A program made the position numbers and the translations under genes. From positions 53,332-117,331 of IMG/VR virus record IMGVR_UViG_3300050132_000248: a DNA stretch of 64,000 bases. One strand, given 5' to 3'. Positions 42,701 through 53,600 of the stretch are shown in pieces. The stretch's first letter is position 1. Each line of letters opens with the position of its first letter. Source of the DNA: a virus. Under the pieces are notes generated by a model. It saw nothing but the letters and a program-made list of their open reading frames with translations, made no database searches and was not told where the DNA came from.

Positions 42701-45700
42701 AATAAGGATAAAAGTCCTGAGGACGTATATGAGAAATATCATAGCAAAATAGAAGCAGCAGTAAAAAACTTTATTCTCAATGAAGCAGATGATACTTATG
42801 ACCTTCTTAAAACATTTGATATTGTAAAAGAAGATGTTGATGGTCTAACTGCTGAGAATCTGAATTTTGCTAATAATATGGATAGTATTACAGAGAAGGA
42901 TTTAAAAACGAAACTTGGAGCTATCTCTGCTAACTATGTTATTGCGAACATAGAAATGCATAAACTTCTATATTCAGATCCCTATCAGTATGAGAATGAG
43001 CTTAAACGTATAAAGAATTTTCTTTCACCAAGGCAATATCTAATGCATGGTTCTCCAAGAGTGAATAGTGCTCTTAATAATGTGTATAATAAAGGATTTA
43101 AGAAAGGTGATATTGGATATACTGATATGAATAGAGATCATTTCAGGGTAGCTACTCTTGCTGATGTGTGGTCTACTGCTGACTTAGACGGATATTATCC
43201 TTTTGAAGAAACTGATGGTGGTGGTATGATTACCATAAAAGGAAAAAGAATGCTTATGTTAAGAGCAGGAATGTGGACAGATGCATTGGAAAAACAATTC
43301 AGACATGATATTGAATATGAAAGAATTGTAAAGGAAACTAAGAATGATATTGATAGAGAAAAAGCACTTGCAAACCATGAGTTAAATAATCCTGGAGTGA
43401 AGGAACTTTACACTCCTCTCAAACCTATTGTTGCAGGTAGTAAAGCTAATGGAAGAAATTATAATGATGCTGTTCTTCAGAAGTTTGCTCTCTCCGTATA
43501 TTCATATAGAATTCTTCATCAACTTGATCCTAATTCCAATGCTATCAAGTTGTATAATAAAATGACGAATGAGGACATAGATTATGCGATTTTTGCATCA
43601 GGGGTAAAGGTGGGAGCAGAAAAACAATTTAATATCTATAATCAGGATGGTTCATTCAATGATGATTCTTTTGAAACACAAGAAGAAAGGGATGATGTTA
43701 ATAAGGAACAAGGAGTTACAAAGATTCCTTATTCTATTATGGCAATACAGTCTGAAGTTCCTACAAAGGAAGGAAATGATGTAACCCAAGGTTCCCAGAT
43801 GACAAAACTTGTCACTATGGATTTCATGGATGCAGGAATGCCTATTGACTTCATGGCTACTGAAAAGGATTTTGACAAGAGAATGGCAAAATGGATAGAG
43901 CTGAAAGATAAGGGCTCTTATAATAAGGGAGATAATCTATATAATGAAATAAAGAATAATCAATCTCTCCATGAAGCAAGAAAAGAAGAAGCTTATAAAA
44001 CTCTGTTAAATAAATTAGGAATAGAGAAAACCGCAGATGGATTTAAAATTGCTGACAGAGACAAACTCTCAACAGCTCTCTCTGGAGAAATAATGAGAAG
44101 AGAAATTAACGATAACATTATTAATGCATTCAAGGAATTCAAACAGAAGAATGTTATTCTTGAAGCAACTCCTTCCTATCAACAAATAAGACATGTTCTT
44201 TATTCAATTGCAGACAAGAGTCTTGTTCATCCAAAGATAACAGGAGGACAGAAGGTTCAGATTCCCTCTACATTCCTTGAGAGTATAAGAGGAAAAGCAA
44301 TTGAGAAGACTGATGAGGATGGAAAGAAGAAAACTACATATACCTCTGATATACTAAAATTCTATGTAAATGAAGATGGAAAGCGTGTTTGTCAAATAAT
44401 GTGTGGTAGATGGTTTAATAGTGATTTGTCTGATGAGGCACTCCTTCATTATTTGAATGATACAGAAGAGGGAAAGAGAATATTAAGAGGGGTAGCTTTT
44501 CGTATTCCAACACAGAAACAAAATTCTATTGATACTTTTGAGATTGCTAAATTCCTTCCAAAGGAATATGGAGACTCAGTTGTTATTCCTTCAGCTCTTG
44601 TAAAGAAAACTGGTTCTGACTTTGACATTGATAAACTCTCTATGTATCTGAAAAATATATTTCAGGATACAGATGGAAATTTAAAACTTGTTCCTTATAA
44701 AGGAATAGGAGAAGAAGCAAAACGTGATATGAAAATGGCTGCTGCTGATTTTCTCAATAGGAAAATGAAATCCCTTGAAGGAAAATTAGAGAAGAATGAG
44801 AATATGCAGGATTTGTTTGGTAAACTCTCTCTTGGACAGGTAAGCGAGAAAACTTTTAATAAATGGCTACCTATTCTTAAAGATTGGTTTGGTAACAATC
44901 TTGTTGATGGTAAACTTCCTGTAGCTGATATTGAACAATTCTTCATGGATAAGATTGAATCAATCAATAAGAAGTTATCTACTCTTAATGATGATGATAT
45001 GTATGATATCATGAATAAGGAACAAGCAGATAGATGGTATAGACAATCTCTTGATAATGAATACATTGAATCATGTGAAAGACTTATTTCTCATCCTCTC
45101 AACTTCAAACATTTAACAGATCCAAACTCATCAAAACAATTAGAGGATATTGAAAAGGGAATAACTAAAGCTCTTGGTGAAGAGGAAATTGATTATGCCA
45201 ATGTGGGGAATATGCTTAATAGAAGATTCATGTCATCCTTAAGACAGGCTTTTGTTGCAGGAAAACAGATGATTGCTATGGCTGCTATTGGCCAGACAAA
45301 CAATGCACAGAATCAAAGATTTATCTCTTACATTGATACAGATAGATTGAATACTCCCGGGATGATAAGTTTAGAAGATAATGAGGTGTTGGGAGGGAAT
45401 GAAAAATCACAAATGTATGCAAACAATCCTAATATTAATTTTCAAGAATATAATTCGGTAATAATAAAAGGTAAGAGAGTGGCAACACTTTCTAAAGCTC
45501 AGGATGCAAACATAAATTCAAAGAAGAGAAATTTCATATCTGATATTATTAGTCAGATAATTGATGGTTGTGTTGATATTGCAAAGAAAGGACCATGGGT
45601 TACACGATTGGGAATTACACCAACACTTGCTCCTACATGGTTATTCCTTATAAAAATAGGTGTGCCTATTAAGAGTGTTGCCTATTTTATGAATCAACCT

Positions 45701-47599
45701 ATTATAAAGGATTATGTAAAGCAAATTGAGAACAAAGGATATTCATGGTTATTCATTAGTGACTTCATTGAGAATTCTCTTGATTCATATTCTCCATCTA
45801 AAGAACAATCAATATCTGAAATCCCATCTGAAGAAGAACTTGAAAAGACAGTAGGAAAGAAAGCTAATGAACTGTCAGACTCTCAACTTGCTCAACAACA
45901 ATATATGTTAAAGGAATTTCTTAAATATGCAAAGATGAGTTCTCATCTCCTTCAGATAACTCAAGGATCCAATTTTGATACTGCATATTTGAGTGATCCT
46001 CTTATTATTACTAAGAAATTGATGCAATATGAGAGAGCAAAGAACTCTATCATCTCTTCTGTGGATGATCTCATTGATGCATCTTTTGTTAGAAAATTAA
46101 AGGATATAATTTCTAATGTTAGAAAGGCTTTTGCAGAAGTTCTTATTTCAGATAAGAAAAATGTATTAGATAGTGTCCTTGGTCCTTATATTAATATGAA
46201 TGACAGAGACTTCTTAAAACTTGCACAGAAAGCAGTTTCAGATTTGTTTGATTGGGCAATGCAGACAGACCAAAATGTTGCAGGAAAAATAGCAAATGTT
46301 CTTGTGAATAAGAAGGTAGATGATAAAGAGATTAAAAGCTATGTGAGACAGGTGATGGATTTTAAGGATAAGATATTTGGTGATCCTGCAAAGAATATTA
46401 AACCTGATATTAATCATCCTCTTTATAATAACTTTGTTCTTAAAGCTTTACAATTAAAACCTGGAGAGAAAGAAGGAAAGGTAGATAACCTTCTCATTAA
46501 AGGAAAAGAGAATAAAGTGTATGATCAGAATATGGTGATACACGGATTTGAAGAAATTCGTGATTACTTGAAGAATAAAGGAGATGATACTCTTTACAGA
46601 AAACTTCTTGCTATTACTGTCATGCAATCTGGATTGAAGAAATCAATTCTTTCTTTTACTGATTTACTTCCTTATGAGGATTTCAAAGATGTGTATTACA
46701 ACTCATTGATTAATATGAACGATGTTCCATATCTATCTGATTTTCATACTGCTCATATCTTTGAAAGAAATAATTATAATGAAGATGACATTATTCCATT
46801 TATAAAAGATAAATTTTCTGAAGGTAACCCTACATGGAGACATCCCGAAGAACCAAGCAGATATTATAAAAATCAAATCTTTGTTGGTGATGGACTGTTA
46901 AAAGCCCAGAAGAAAAACAATGTTCCTATGATTGCATCCATGGATATAGCATCAAGACAAGCTTCTGGAGACTTCATGGTTTATTCATGGCAGGACAAAA
47001 TATCTGTTAAGGAAAGAATAAAGAGGAGAAAGAATGGAGACACTTCTCACATTTATAAACTCCTAATGAAAAAAGTTTATTATGAGAATGAAGAAGGAAA
47101 AATCGTACCTTTGGTCTATATTTCTGAGGTGATGGGTAAAGATGGTATTACACGTACATATAAAAGATACATCTATAAAGCAATCAACACATTAGGTGAT
47201 TCATATATGGCAAGAGAGTTTCCAACCAAGAAAATATTTGCTGATCCTAATTCTACATTAATGAATCCTTCTCTTCTTAACAATGGATTTGACAAGGTGG
47301 AAGAAAAATATGATGCAAATGGACAAAAGATTAGTTCAGGAGAGGTAGAGGATGAAACTGTTGCATATTATTTCAGTAAGGGAGAAAAGAATACAGAGAA
47401 TGAAGTTGTAGAAGAACCTGCTTATTTAAAGAATGAGAATGCCCCAGAGGGCCTTCCTCCTATTAAACGATCACCTGACCAAACAATAAAACTGAAGGAT
47501 GGAACATTCAAATACTCAGAAGTTTCATCTGATATGTTAGAACAAATGGGATACAGTCCTAAAGAAATAGGTGAGAAGTTAAAAATGATTTGTGATTAA
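33770..47599 (+). CDS. Giant virion-packaged DNA-dependent RNA polymerase polyprotein (crAss/phi14:2 gp66-like)
   Basis: 4609 aa; catalytic GSDFDIDK (DFDID at 44618-44632) preceded by FRIPTQ (R at 44501); ETDGG motif; zincin-like YHEVFE at 40292-40309. Confidence 0.9.
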   Translation: MQDEPIVNLSGAPDYSVKGTAISPPADPTYTPLNDPNPFPNELKNKPIGGSDITMAEAAQYNPSKLSGGIMYGETSENTRAQNQSAISRIGNAGINLVNKTGAYIIQNAGFIGGAAFSALGGLVNYGNEALGGEGKIVANGNAVSLMSDNFLTQIGDAWKEAVQEANPIYKTDKYTNGNIWQKLATTSWWLDDAIDRAALTGAMLIPGMLESKGLFGVAGLAMREGGAIEASGMIPKVAKYLADNPKMYGTIGRALGSDVYEAAATGVVDESTAAGLAFKKAVQTAQNLEITSFNVIGQNALNGRESQTAIVKSLNEQRDKGLNTYTDDEIKDMAAEGAKASFWYNMPLTLLSSMWEMPQVFASFKGATNLLKKITGAQTSEELEQGITGAIGKSSAPSFWNLAWKAPITALEHGQLESSQVAIGRYVEEAIAGKMVDGHLEKKGQGEAFNPWNISDAMTGSFGEYINNFHDPNGENNIALGTIQGLLTTIFGRAFKGFTGEYSKQDKANDNLLKGMNEALASRRLFNPISDMVETDKEGNIVTVKGDDGKQHVKLDQDKLAQLGVSYVDAIKNYEDRLKYIANGDKVSVDMMNFNSLKALAANFFQDAHGKEYLKNVLRWEAKQQNQNPERQNDVTGTEEETPDVKLQENLEYVDHLYKIYNAIDQRHAGFLNLDVNYKDKTEAALAQVFTEKYKTLQYNNGADQVFYNNQIAKNNTELGGITEKSTDDGVVAQRNNNLLDQNEILNNKLDISKQEYKNSIDRDLINQAWTEEKAHYQDIKNTIEKIKQDAIDESTESKSVTKIPINTKYGERQIETNTDYVVGKVIDKDEQGNDVFSAPIIRVLGKNEDGTIKIQYNNNKGQWVNSDISEDHLDNYSLTKRSDLQKNKKANYVFEHWNTMFQHWGIKDNKGNPVTGRLEYNQAKNQILFKYIDDKGKERRREIIGRNVVTQDGYNHPMLQAVGELKASQKQATDEFAKTPTSLSDKLTLRNNVIASLYENGVARIEQIKKTLETNKESLSKYEETLKEETTKLEKETTRKRVIKKQVRAVEASIKNLTDLHERIEKENIELQNEKEEIEYNLPIFEELLNSIDSSAEESKDILQQLKDDVDNSEKLIDVISKQLKANKALTDQIQKVLSENLSILKDYIKRLQEGNPNLPLSIDEFQDNIEKYLGEEGAKQLIAERGGFTEQVMALENDILDFEEELNIPSLSKEVVTLQKEATVLNEQLDDAIKLQMAKDKIYEAFKEFVDKLAQEEKEEQEFEKNEELKKQYIGTMDDSMQNVLSEIHYEPASKKSFWSVIRGTRPFTLSKRQIERGEEEKPHNVRANRFGFKFSKFSEEKQAAIRGIVVTQNTQNDILPGLTDFLMKDATPEQLRKYKKEEIIALAMVQMNDDGQTYSLVDENGDVIPEKDETGNTVNPLDRAIFQTFPMRDLKGFYKSKDAVDDEDMEEQTMFRDDVPEKKRLAAEEQYQKWRDATLQKTTLDPPEKIKVSFGIPELAKRTDEKGNLVPDKGARTSAKKAGFVSDEDLDSHQVITVSTEDEANEGEVTFNNSKGRVFLRVPGQGLVKLFNRKFSDVEANTIFDVIQQICKNGAKKGQITPETNLLINWLKTVVYWGIAKDPNTNERKAAGYNNIWFETTKEEGKPVTRLYISGITKDKSQAFMFTPTGLQESKYEIVSLLQNLYHNTFATKVNQDSWQNKYYEIKGIDKEGNPITEEWPNYQTYLLSDKSVKDGKLSGERNEKEIPLVTQYKPITNENDVNRKSIYFTLNSPTSDYNFEAEEQKAETPKTKKEAKKPATEESKTKTKKEETAYKPALLKLDGSDEMIHFDSFGGFDMMFKLNAKTSKEKGTIDSISYPQKALDALQNQGKTLDQAKAELKNALLAKLKDQLNLANVPKAAPIADALPVAEKTEVKENNIEQKKKDIEKRIPAYVDFSKGKTNSLNTFRNEARRKWEGIEEDVITGGRLLNLQTGINFLAEAFPEFSNLKDMFFKKSDSQAIGIKFSDLVELIDTLRKQGIDTEEDIGNKIKSKYENEISELDKTSKETKQEPKQESTTIEDTPMGIKESQQTLNTPEEVQNKTEEDDDIPSIGKENNEAAFRIVPSEKPVIYEQEDWDKVEKDLTKMFSVLPVYRVRNAIRATNGRQIWGMLHEGGIYLDQNAEVGTIYHEVFEAVWKMFAGPEEKGKVLDEFRSRDGSYRDRFNPMHPLIEYKNAKPEQIKEEIAEEFRDLRLYGTRIATPRGQNFIARLFQNIIDFIKTFFTGEKSQRNTQDLFDKIGNGYYNRFNPYEAKLSFAKKGFINVEDAFPNEDSELREKIPTQQTHDIIQHMTFAFMRDVTKTNQSLFQIEKLKKAEIYANLRLEILGRIKGVRDAYAQRAQNGEQAAIDGVNATQQLYDNTKAEWNALVERHEQFLNTRGYTFDENDELNMEDENKGKDEPYGDPRKVDSFRKSNAAIKNLLGSVAYSQRVKRMINGKEQISTEFVPSTIGGAKLLAPDQVHIDLVNKLSKACDLDDMFSLFRKAAIDNPNYESLYHRVAKQTIAENTIDYDKFEDFDWQLISAFWKSFKLQNPDALTVFILSDGNVIVSDSSMNTATKQSKKEMFYSMVNKIKSDDWEKGKEFFTYNKKNGKYTATKTLKDIKFSGTSLTNYILFLKKLGIDFKEEDLNDLRPTQLKHFRDAVKGMHTSLANLGPVFNKVGEPIDEDGYVVDKNTHLSKKREDAPEGKPQNDKSVYSLTSKTLDIEGRLTQLGVIKAIIDRPEFESTYFNINGERTQTYIGSNAASRLYDTISSLKNLNDLNSDVKDYKQFRYLLTDAFTQGSVILNRIFLMDSTKARRDGTENILKTTLADGMNDEEKGKSRESSKQSYKQRLIQEINLNTNGCYLNLVPADASMEHATRMHEETTPFVTDDSFLTGGYLSIFKDYFTSELTLSRDRNRRVVKGKKKSDMRFFKDILGDELHNNIVSKLNKDKSPEDVYEKYHSKIEAAVKNFILNEADDTYDLLKTFDIVKEDVDGLTAENLNFANNMDSITEKDLKTKLGAISANYVIANIEMHKLLYSDPYQYENELKRIKNFLSPRQYLMHGSPRVNSALNNVYNKGFKKGDIGYTDMNRDHFRVATLADVWSTADLDGYYPFEETDGGGMITIKGKRMLMLRAGMWTDALEKQFRHDIEYERIVKETKNDIDREKALANHELNNPGVKELYTPLKPIVAGSKANGRNYNDAVLQKFALSVYSYRILHQLDPNSNAIKLYNKMTNEDIDYAIFASGVKVGAEKQFNIYNQDGSFNDDSFETQEERDDVNKEQGVTKIPYSIMAIQSEVPTKEGNDVTQGSQMTKLVTMDFMDAGMPIDFMATEKDFDKRMAKWIELKDKGSYNKGDNLYNEIKNNQSLHEARKEEAYKTLLNKLGIEKTADGFKIADRDKLSTALSGEIMRREINDNIINAFKEFKQKNVILEATPSYQQIRHVLYSIADKSLVHPKITGGQKVQIPSTFLESIRGKAIEKTDEDGKKKTTYTSDILKFYVNEDGKRVCQIMCGRWFNSDLSDEALLHYLNDTEEGKRILRGVAFRIPTQKQNSIDTFEIAKFLPKEYGDSVVIPSALVKKTGSDFDIDKLSMYLKNIFQDTDGNLKLVPYKGIGEEAKRDMKMAAADFLNRKMKSLEGKLEKNENMQDLFGKLSLGQVSEKTFNKWLPILKDWFGNNLVDGKLPVADIEQFFMDKIESINKKLSTLNDDDMYDIMNKEQADRWYRQSLDNEYIESCERLISHPLNFKHLTDPNSSKQLEDIEKGITKALGEEEIDYANVGNMLNRRFMSSLRQAFVAGKQMIAMAAIGQTNNAQNQRFISYIDTDRLNTPGMISLEDNEVLGGNEKSQMYANNPNINFQEYNSVIIKGKRVATLSKAQDANINSKKRNFISDIISQIIDGCVDIAKKGPWVTRLGITPTLAPTWLFLIKIGVPIKSVAYFMNQPIIKDYVKQIENKGYSWLFISDFIENSLDSYSPSKEQSISEIPSEEELEKTVGKKANELSDSQLAQQQYMLKEFLKYAKMSSHLLQITQGSNFDTAYLSDPLIITKKLMQYERAKNSIISSVDDLIDASFVRKLKDIISNVRKAFAEVLISDKKNVLDSVLGPYINMNDRDFLKLAQKAVSDLFDWAMQTDQNVAGKIANVLVNKKVDDKEIKSYVRQVMDFKDKIFGDPAKNIKPDINHPLYNNFVLKALQLKPGEKEGKVDNLLIKGKENKVYDQNMVIHGFEEIRDYLKNKGDDTLYRKLLAITVMQSGLKKSILSFTDLLPYEDFKDVYYNSLINMNDVPYLSDFHTAHIFERNNYNEDDIIPFIKDKFSEGNPTWRHPEEPSRYYKNQIFVGDGLLKAQKKNNVPMIASMDIASRQASGDFMVYSWQDKISVKERIKRRKNGDTSHIYKLLMKKVYYENEEGKIVPLVYISEVMGKDGITRTYKRYIYKAINTLGDSYMAREFPTKKIFADPNSTLMNPSLLNNGFDKVEEKYDANGQKISSGEVEDETVAYYFSKGEKNTENEVVEEPAYLKNENAPEGLPPIKRSPDQTIKLKDGTFKYSEVSSDMLEQMGYSPKEIGEKLKMICD

Positions 47600-47611
47600 T
47601 AAATTATAAAT

Positions 47612-50600
47612 ATGGCAACCTGTCCAAATAAGAATTTGAAAGAGTGGAAAGATCTTGTACAATCCAGAGGTGAAAGTATTGCTCATTATCTATGGGATAA
47701 ACATAAAGGAGAAGTTCCAGAGAAAGAATATGGGATAGGTCAGGAATCAGTAATATATGATTTAAAATCTGTTCGTGCATTAAGAAATGCATCTATAAGA
47801 AATTTTGATATTTCTAAGAATAAAGGAGAAGGTTTCTTTGCTGATTTGCAAAAACAAGGAGTTCCTAAAGATCAAATAGAACTTGTAAGAGATATTCTCT
47901 CTGGATATGATAAACTCTCTGCAAAGGAAGTGGCTACATTAATGGAGAATGCTTATAAGTTTGATGTAGAAACAATTACATCCAAGAAAGATAAACATCC
48001 AGAGAGTGTAGCGGAGAATTATGCCCTTATTGGAAACTATAACTATAGCAGACATGTTAGTTATCAGACTGGAGAATATATTTACAATAAGGAAAATAGA
48101 ACCACAGGTAAAGAGGAAATAATTAGTAAACAAGAGTTTGATAAGGCGATTAATAAATATAATGAACCTGAAAATACAGAACACTATGCTAGATTAACTG
48201 TTCCAGGTGGAAATAATTATTCGGAGAATGTAATCAGAACTCCAGGAATTACTGTATTACCGGATATATATACAGACCATGAAGGAGACTTTAATCAGCA
48301 GAGGGGAGATATGCTTGGCTGGTTCAGAAGTGATGATATGATTGATAAGAGTAGTGAAGCAATTGCTTTAAGAACTGAGGCAAGAAAAACTAATGATTAT
48401 TCTATAGCAAAAACAATTCGCAGGGTTCTTGAAATTCAGTCTAAGTTTCAGAAGGCTAGAGATTATAAATCTTATGTAAGTAATGAAAAAGAAGAAAGAC
48501 AAGTACTGTTAGATAAAAATGAAACTTTCTATAAATTTACTTTAAATAATGATGAATATAATATAGATTCAACTCGTGGTAAAACTTATTTCAAAAATGG
48601 TGAAAATATAGATAGTAAGGATTATGTCTCTGCTTATCAATCACGTTTGAAACAAATATTACCTAAATCATCATCATCTAAGGAATCATTCATACAACTA
48701 TTAGCAAAAGATAACAACTGGGTAACATTCTTCATTAAATCTATTCTTCAAGATAGTGCCAAGAAAGGATATGAGAAAGTATTATTTCCAAGAGGAGAGA
48801 CTGCTGCTAAGGTTGAAGGACATCAACTAGTAGCTGATGAACTTGTTAGACTAAATGAAAATATTAAAGAATCTAAAGCTAAAATTAAAGAAATAGAAGA
48901 TAAAAAGGATGAATATTTTGATTGGTCTAAAGAAATTTTATTAAAAAATGAGAATGAAAAATTAGAGGGGTTAGAACGGAGATTTAAAGAATATAAAGAA
49001 CAAGGTATAGAAAAACTTGCACCTATTGAAGCCTTCTATGAAAAAGCTCTTACTAATATTCTCAAAAAGACATATGGGGATGATATAAGAAAAGTAAAAG
49101 ATGAATATGGTAATGAATGGAATGAAGTAAATATAAAACAAGAACGTGATTTAGAACCCATTCTTCTTCAGAAAGCAGAAATGCCAGTATCCAAAGCATC
49201 ACCAGAAACTCTCTCAAAGGTGAGAGAGGTTGTTAAGAAAATGGGTGTCAATCTTCAAAATCTATCTGACTATTTGAAAGGCAATCCTAATGTACAGGCT
49301 AAAGGAGCAAATGCCCTTACTGATCTTCTCCATGGAATAATAGCAATAGCAGAAGGAAAAGAGAATATTGCTTTGACAGAAGAAATGGTACACGTTGCTA
49401 CATCTATCCTTGAGCAAAAGGATCCAATGCTTGTGACAGAAATGATAGGCAAGATAGATAGATTTTCTATTTATAAGAAGACATTAAATGAATATAGGAA
49501 TGATGTTAATTACCAGACGAAGGATGGAAAGCCTGACATTCGTAAGATTAAAAAAGAGGCTGTTGATAAACTAATTACAGAATTAATTGTCAATAAGAAC
49601 GAAGGAAATACAGAATTTCCTGAATTGAGAGATGAAACAAATAAATCCATTATAAGACAATGGTGGAATAAAATTCTTGATTGGTTCAGGGGGCAATATA
49701 AGAAAGCTAATGTTGATGTGTTCAATGAAGCTACTAATAAGGTGATGAATAATAATTTAGGAACAATAAATGATATAAACAATAATCAAATATATTTACA
49801 AAATGAGTTCACCAAAATTCAACCAGAGACCTCTTACAGAAGAGGAGAAAATGTTAACTTACCAAAAAATTTCGAGATATTATGGGACAGATCAACTGAT
49901 GGGAATAAATTACAACGACACAGGGGAATTTACAACAGCTTGGGATCTTACAATAGTAATACCATTTTCGGAGAAACTAATTGGACTTCTCTTAGAAAAG
50001 AGTTCAATGATAAACTCAACTCCTCTGATATGGAAAGGGAACAATTATTCACTCATACCCTTATTAGTCTTATCAGATCCACATATGGAAATACATTCAA
50101 TAAAGGACTTGCTGGAAAACTTAGTGGATTTAGATACGTCATTGTAGATAATCCTAAAATGTCTCCTATATATACTAGAGGATCGGACATCTGTCTTAAT
50201 ATAAATAAAGAAAGTTCCTTCATAGATCATATTTTTAATAATGCAAAAGAAGGAAATGAGTGGAATCTATTAGATACAATGGTATCTGAGGAACTTATTC
50301 ATTTAGTCTCCTCTAAATTATCAACACCAAAAGAAACAACTGATGCTTATAACGAATTAACACAAGATGATAAAGTTCAAATTTTACAAACATATTTTCA
50401 TGATAATAATTTAGTAAATACTACTTTATTAAAACCCTATCAATATGTACATGAATATGTACGTATGCAAATTCAGAAGAAGGTATTAGGATGGACAACA
50501 GAAGAAACGAGAACTACACTTAAAAAAATTATAGACAAGGTTTGGAACTATCTAAAGGATCTTCTTCCTAAATATACATCCTTGAGATCAATTTATGATA

Positions 50601-53600
50601 AGACATTGAACTTTATAGAAAAAGGAGAAGGAGAATTAAATGAAAATTCTTCTAATGAAATTCTTGGTCTTCCTCAAATTGTTTCTGATGCTCAGAAGAA
50701 AATACAGGAAGGAATTCTTGCAACACCAAATACTATAAGAAAGGTTTATAAGCCAGGAAAATCTGATCCCATGTTTCAGGATACAGAGGAAGCTGATAAT
50801 TGGTATGAAAGACTTATTAATGGTAAGTGGGATGCAAATGGTGTAAAGAAAAGAGTTACGGACAGAGTGAAGACATGGTTTAAACAAAGATTTCCAGATA
50901 AAGAATTTACTCCTGCAGAGAAAACAAAGAATGAATTGAAAAGACAATTTGGTGTCCGTTATCATACATTTCTTGATGAAATTCATCAGAGATATTTTAA
51001 TGGTGATGGAACAAAAAGAGATGTTACAGATGAGAGACCTACTATTAATGATCCTATAGATGCAAGAGTGTATGATCTATTAGATAGATTCTATAGTAAA
51101 TTCACTGAACAATTTTTTAAGGATGGAAAAACACCATTAGTTTTCTCTGAAAGAATTATTTATGATCCTAAACAGAAAGAAGCGGGTACTTTAGACCTAA
51201 TTGTTGTTGATGAAGATGGAAAAACAAATATTATTGATTGGAAATTTCTTGAGGTGGGAAAAGGGAAAGATGATATTGCTCGGTTTAAACAGGGAGCTTT
51301 CCAAATTCAACTTGGTAGATATAAAGAAATGTTAAAGGATGCTTATGGAATAAAGAGTTTTGGAATGACAAGAGCTATTCCTTTTTTATTAAAAATTGAT
51401 AGAGAAAATCCAAATGATGAGAAATCTCCTTATGTTATTAAGGGGATAACTGCAGGTAATGTTGACACTACACAAATAAAAGATTTAAGGCTTATGCCTG
51501 TTTCTGAGGAGACAGAATCTACAGGAGATGAAAATAGAGATAAGATTATTGTCAAGCTGAATGCTATGATGAAGCAGTTTGCTAAAGAGAAAACTACTAA
51601 TGAAGAGGATAGAGAATACAAGATTGAAAGACTGAATACTATTAGAAGAGCTATTCGTGAAATACAAGGAAAAGGAACCTATGATACTCTTATTAAAACT
51701 ATTAAATCCTTAAAAAAACAAGGAGATAATATAATTTCTGATTGGACTTCTCTCTATAAAAACAGAGTTCCTTCTGATGAGGATGTAAAGGATGAAGACC
51801 TTTCTGACTTTGCTATTGGATTAAGAGAATATCGTGATGTTGCAACAACGGTTAGTGATTTTTCAAATACATTGAGAAAACTGTTATATGACAATGATAA
51901 GAAGGAAGATGTAGTAAAAGGTGGAAAAGAATTATCAGATGACATAAGAGATGAGATAGAAAATATTCGTGAGTCATTTGATGATGTCAAAGGAATAATA
52001 AATGAGTTTTGTGATAAGTTTATAGGACTTAGAAATCTTGTATCAGGGATTTTAAAACCAGAACGTGTTCTAAAAGGACTTATGGCAACATTTGGTAATA
52101 TAACACAAATATCATTAAGGTCAGTGAGAATATTATCAAAGATGGTTACTGAAGCTAATCTATCTGCATCAAGAACTGCTTTTGATCAGGTGAGTGAACT
52201 TATGGGGATAAGAGAAAAACTGCTTAAGAAAGGTGGAAACATACATAATATTGTCAGACAAATCTATCAAAAGGATGATGCTGGAAAAATAGTTAATAAA
52301 CTAATTTATAGATATAGTGGAGAATTCTATGATAAACTCAAAGAGAATGCTCAGGATGGAAAGCAGGATAAGAAATGGATAAGAGATAATATTGATATAG
52401 TTGCTTATAAGAAAGCAGCCAAAGAGGTTCTTGAGAGAAGTATAAGACATTATGAAAGGCAATATAAAGATGATAAGGACATGATGAATTCTCTTATCAA
52501 ACAAGAAGTGCAGAGATGGGATATTGATGGAGATATTATTAATACCATCAAGGGATATAAAGATTATAGTAAAAAGAAATTCACTGGATGGACCAACTAC
52601 TTGATTGATAATTATCCTCTTGAGAAATGGGAATCAGAAGAATATAAGAATCTTAAAAAGGATGAAGATTTATTCTCCCTGTATAATTTCATAACTAGAA
52701 TTAATGAAGAAGCTAGAGGAGTTGGCTATATAGATGGAGCCGTGAGAAATACATTTCTTCCTTTTATAAGAAGAAGTACAGCAGAAGCACTTGCTTGGGG
52801 ACTTAATCCTTCTGTTGTTAGTAGTTGGTTTGATAAATTAACACTTAATGCTGATATTAAAGGAGATAAGAGAAATGAGCTTAGCGGAGAAATGGAGAGG
52901 AGTATTCCTAAATATTATACCTATGATTTCACAAGAAAAGAAGATGGAACTCATGATTATTCAGATGTGAGTGAGGAAATCTTTAAGAATATGGTGTTGT
53001 ATATCAATCATATGCAGAAGTATAAAAATCTTAAGCATATTGAAGGACAAATACAATTATTAAAAACTGTAGAGGAATTCAAAGGTCATCTTAAGACAAA
53101 TAAAATAGGAGATGTTGGAGAAGCTGAAGTTCTTAAAGATAATGATGAGAATGTCAAAACACTGAATAAATTTATCAATGCAACAATCTATGGAGATAAA
53201 TATTCCAACTCTGATACAGATATTCCTATTCCTATTCATCCATTTAATGCAATGGGTAAACTAATAAACAGAGTAGCAGGAAGAGAAGTATTTGATGTGG
53301 AAGAACATCCAGATCCTTATTCTCTTATTAAATGCATGGATGCTCTCAACAGTTACTTTCGTATTAAGACATTAGGATTTAATGTTGTCTCTGGAGCTGC
53401 TGTTTATTTTGGTAGTAATATGCAGGTGTTATCACAGGCTGGTAAATATTTCACAGAGGGTGAATTTCTTGCAAATACAATGAAACTATTAAAATCAAAT
53501 AGATTTATTAATGATGATGATAGAAAAATGTTCCTGCAACTGATAGATACATTTGTTCCTATAAGAGCTGATAGAATGGATGCTCAGGTGAGAAAAGCAG

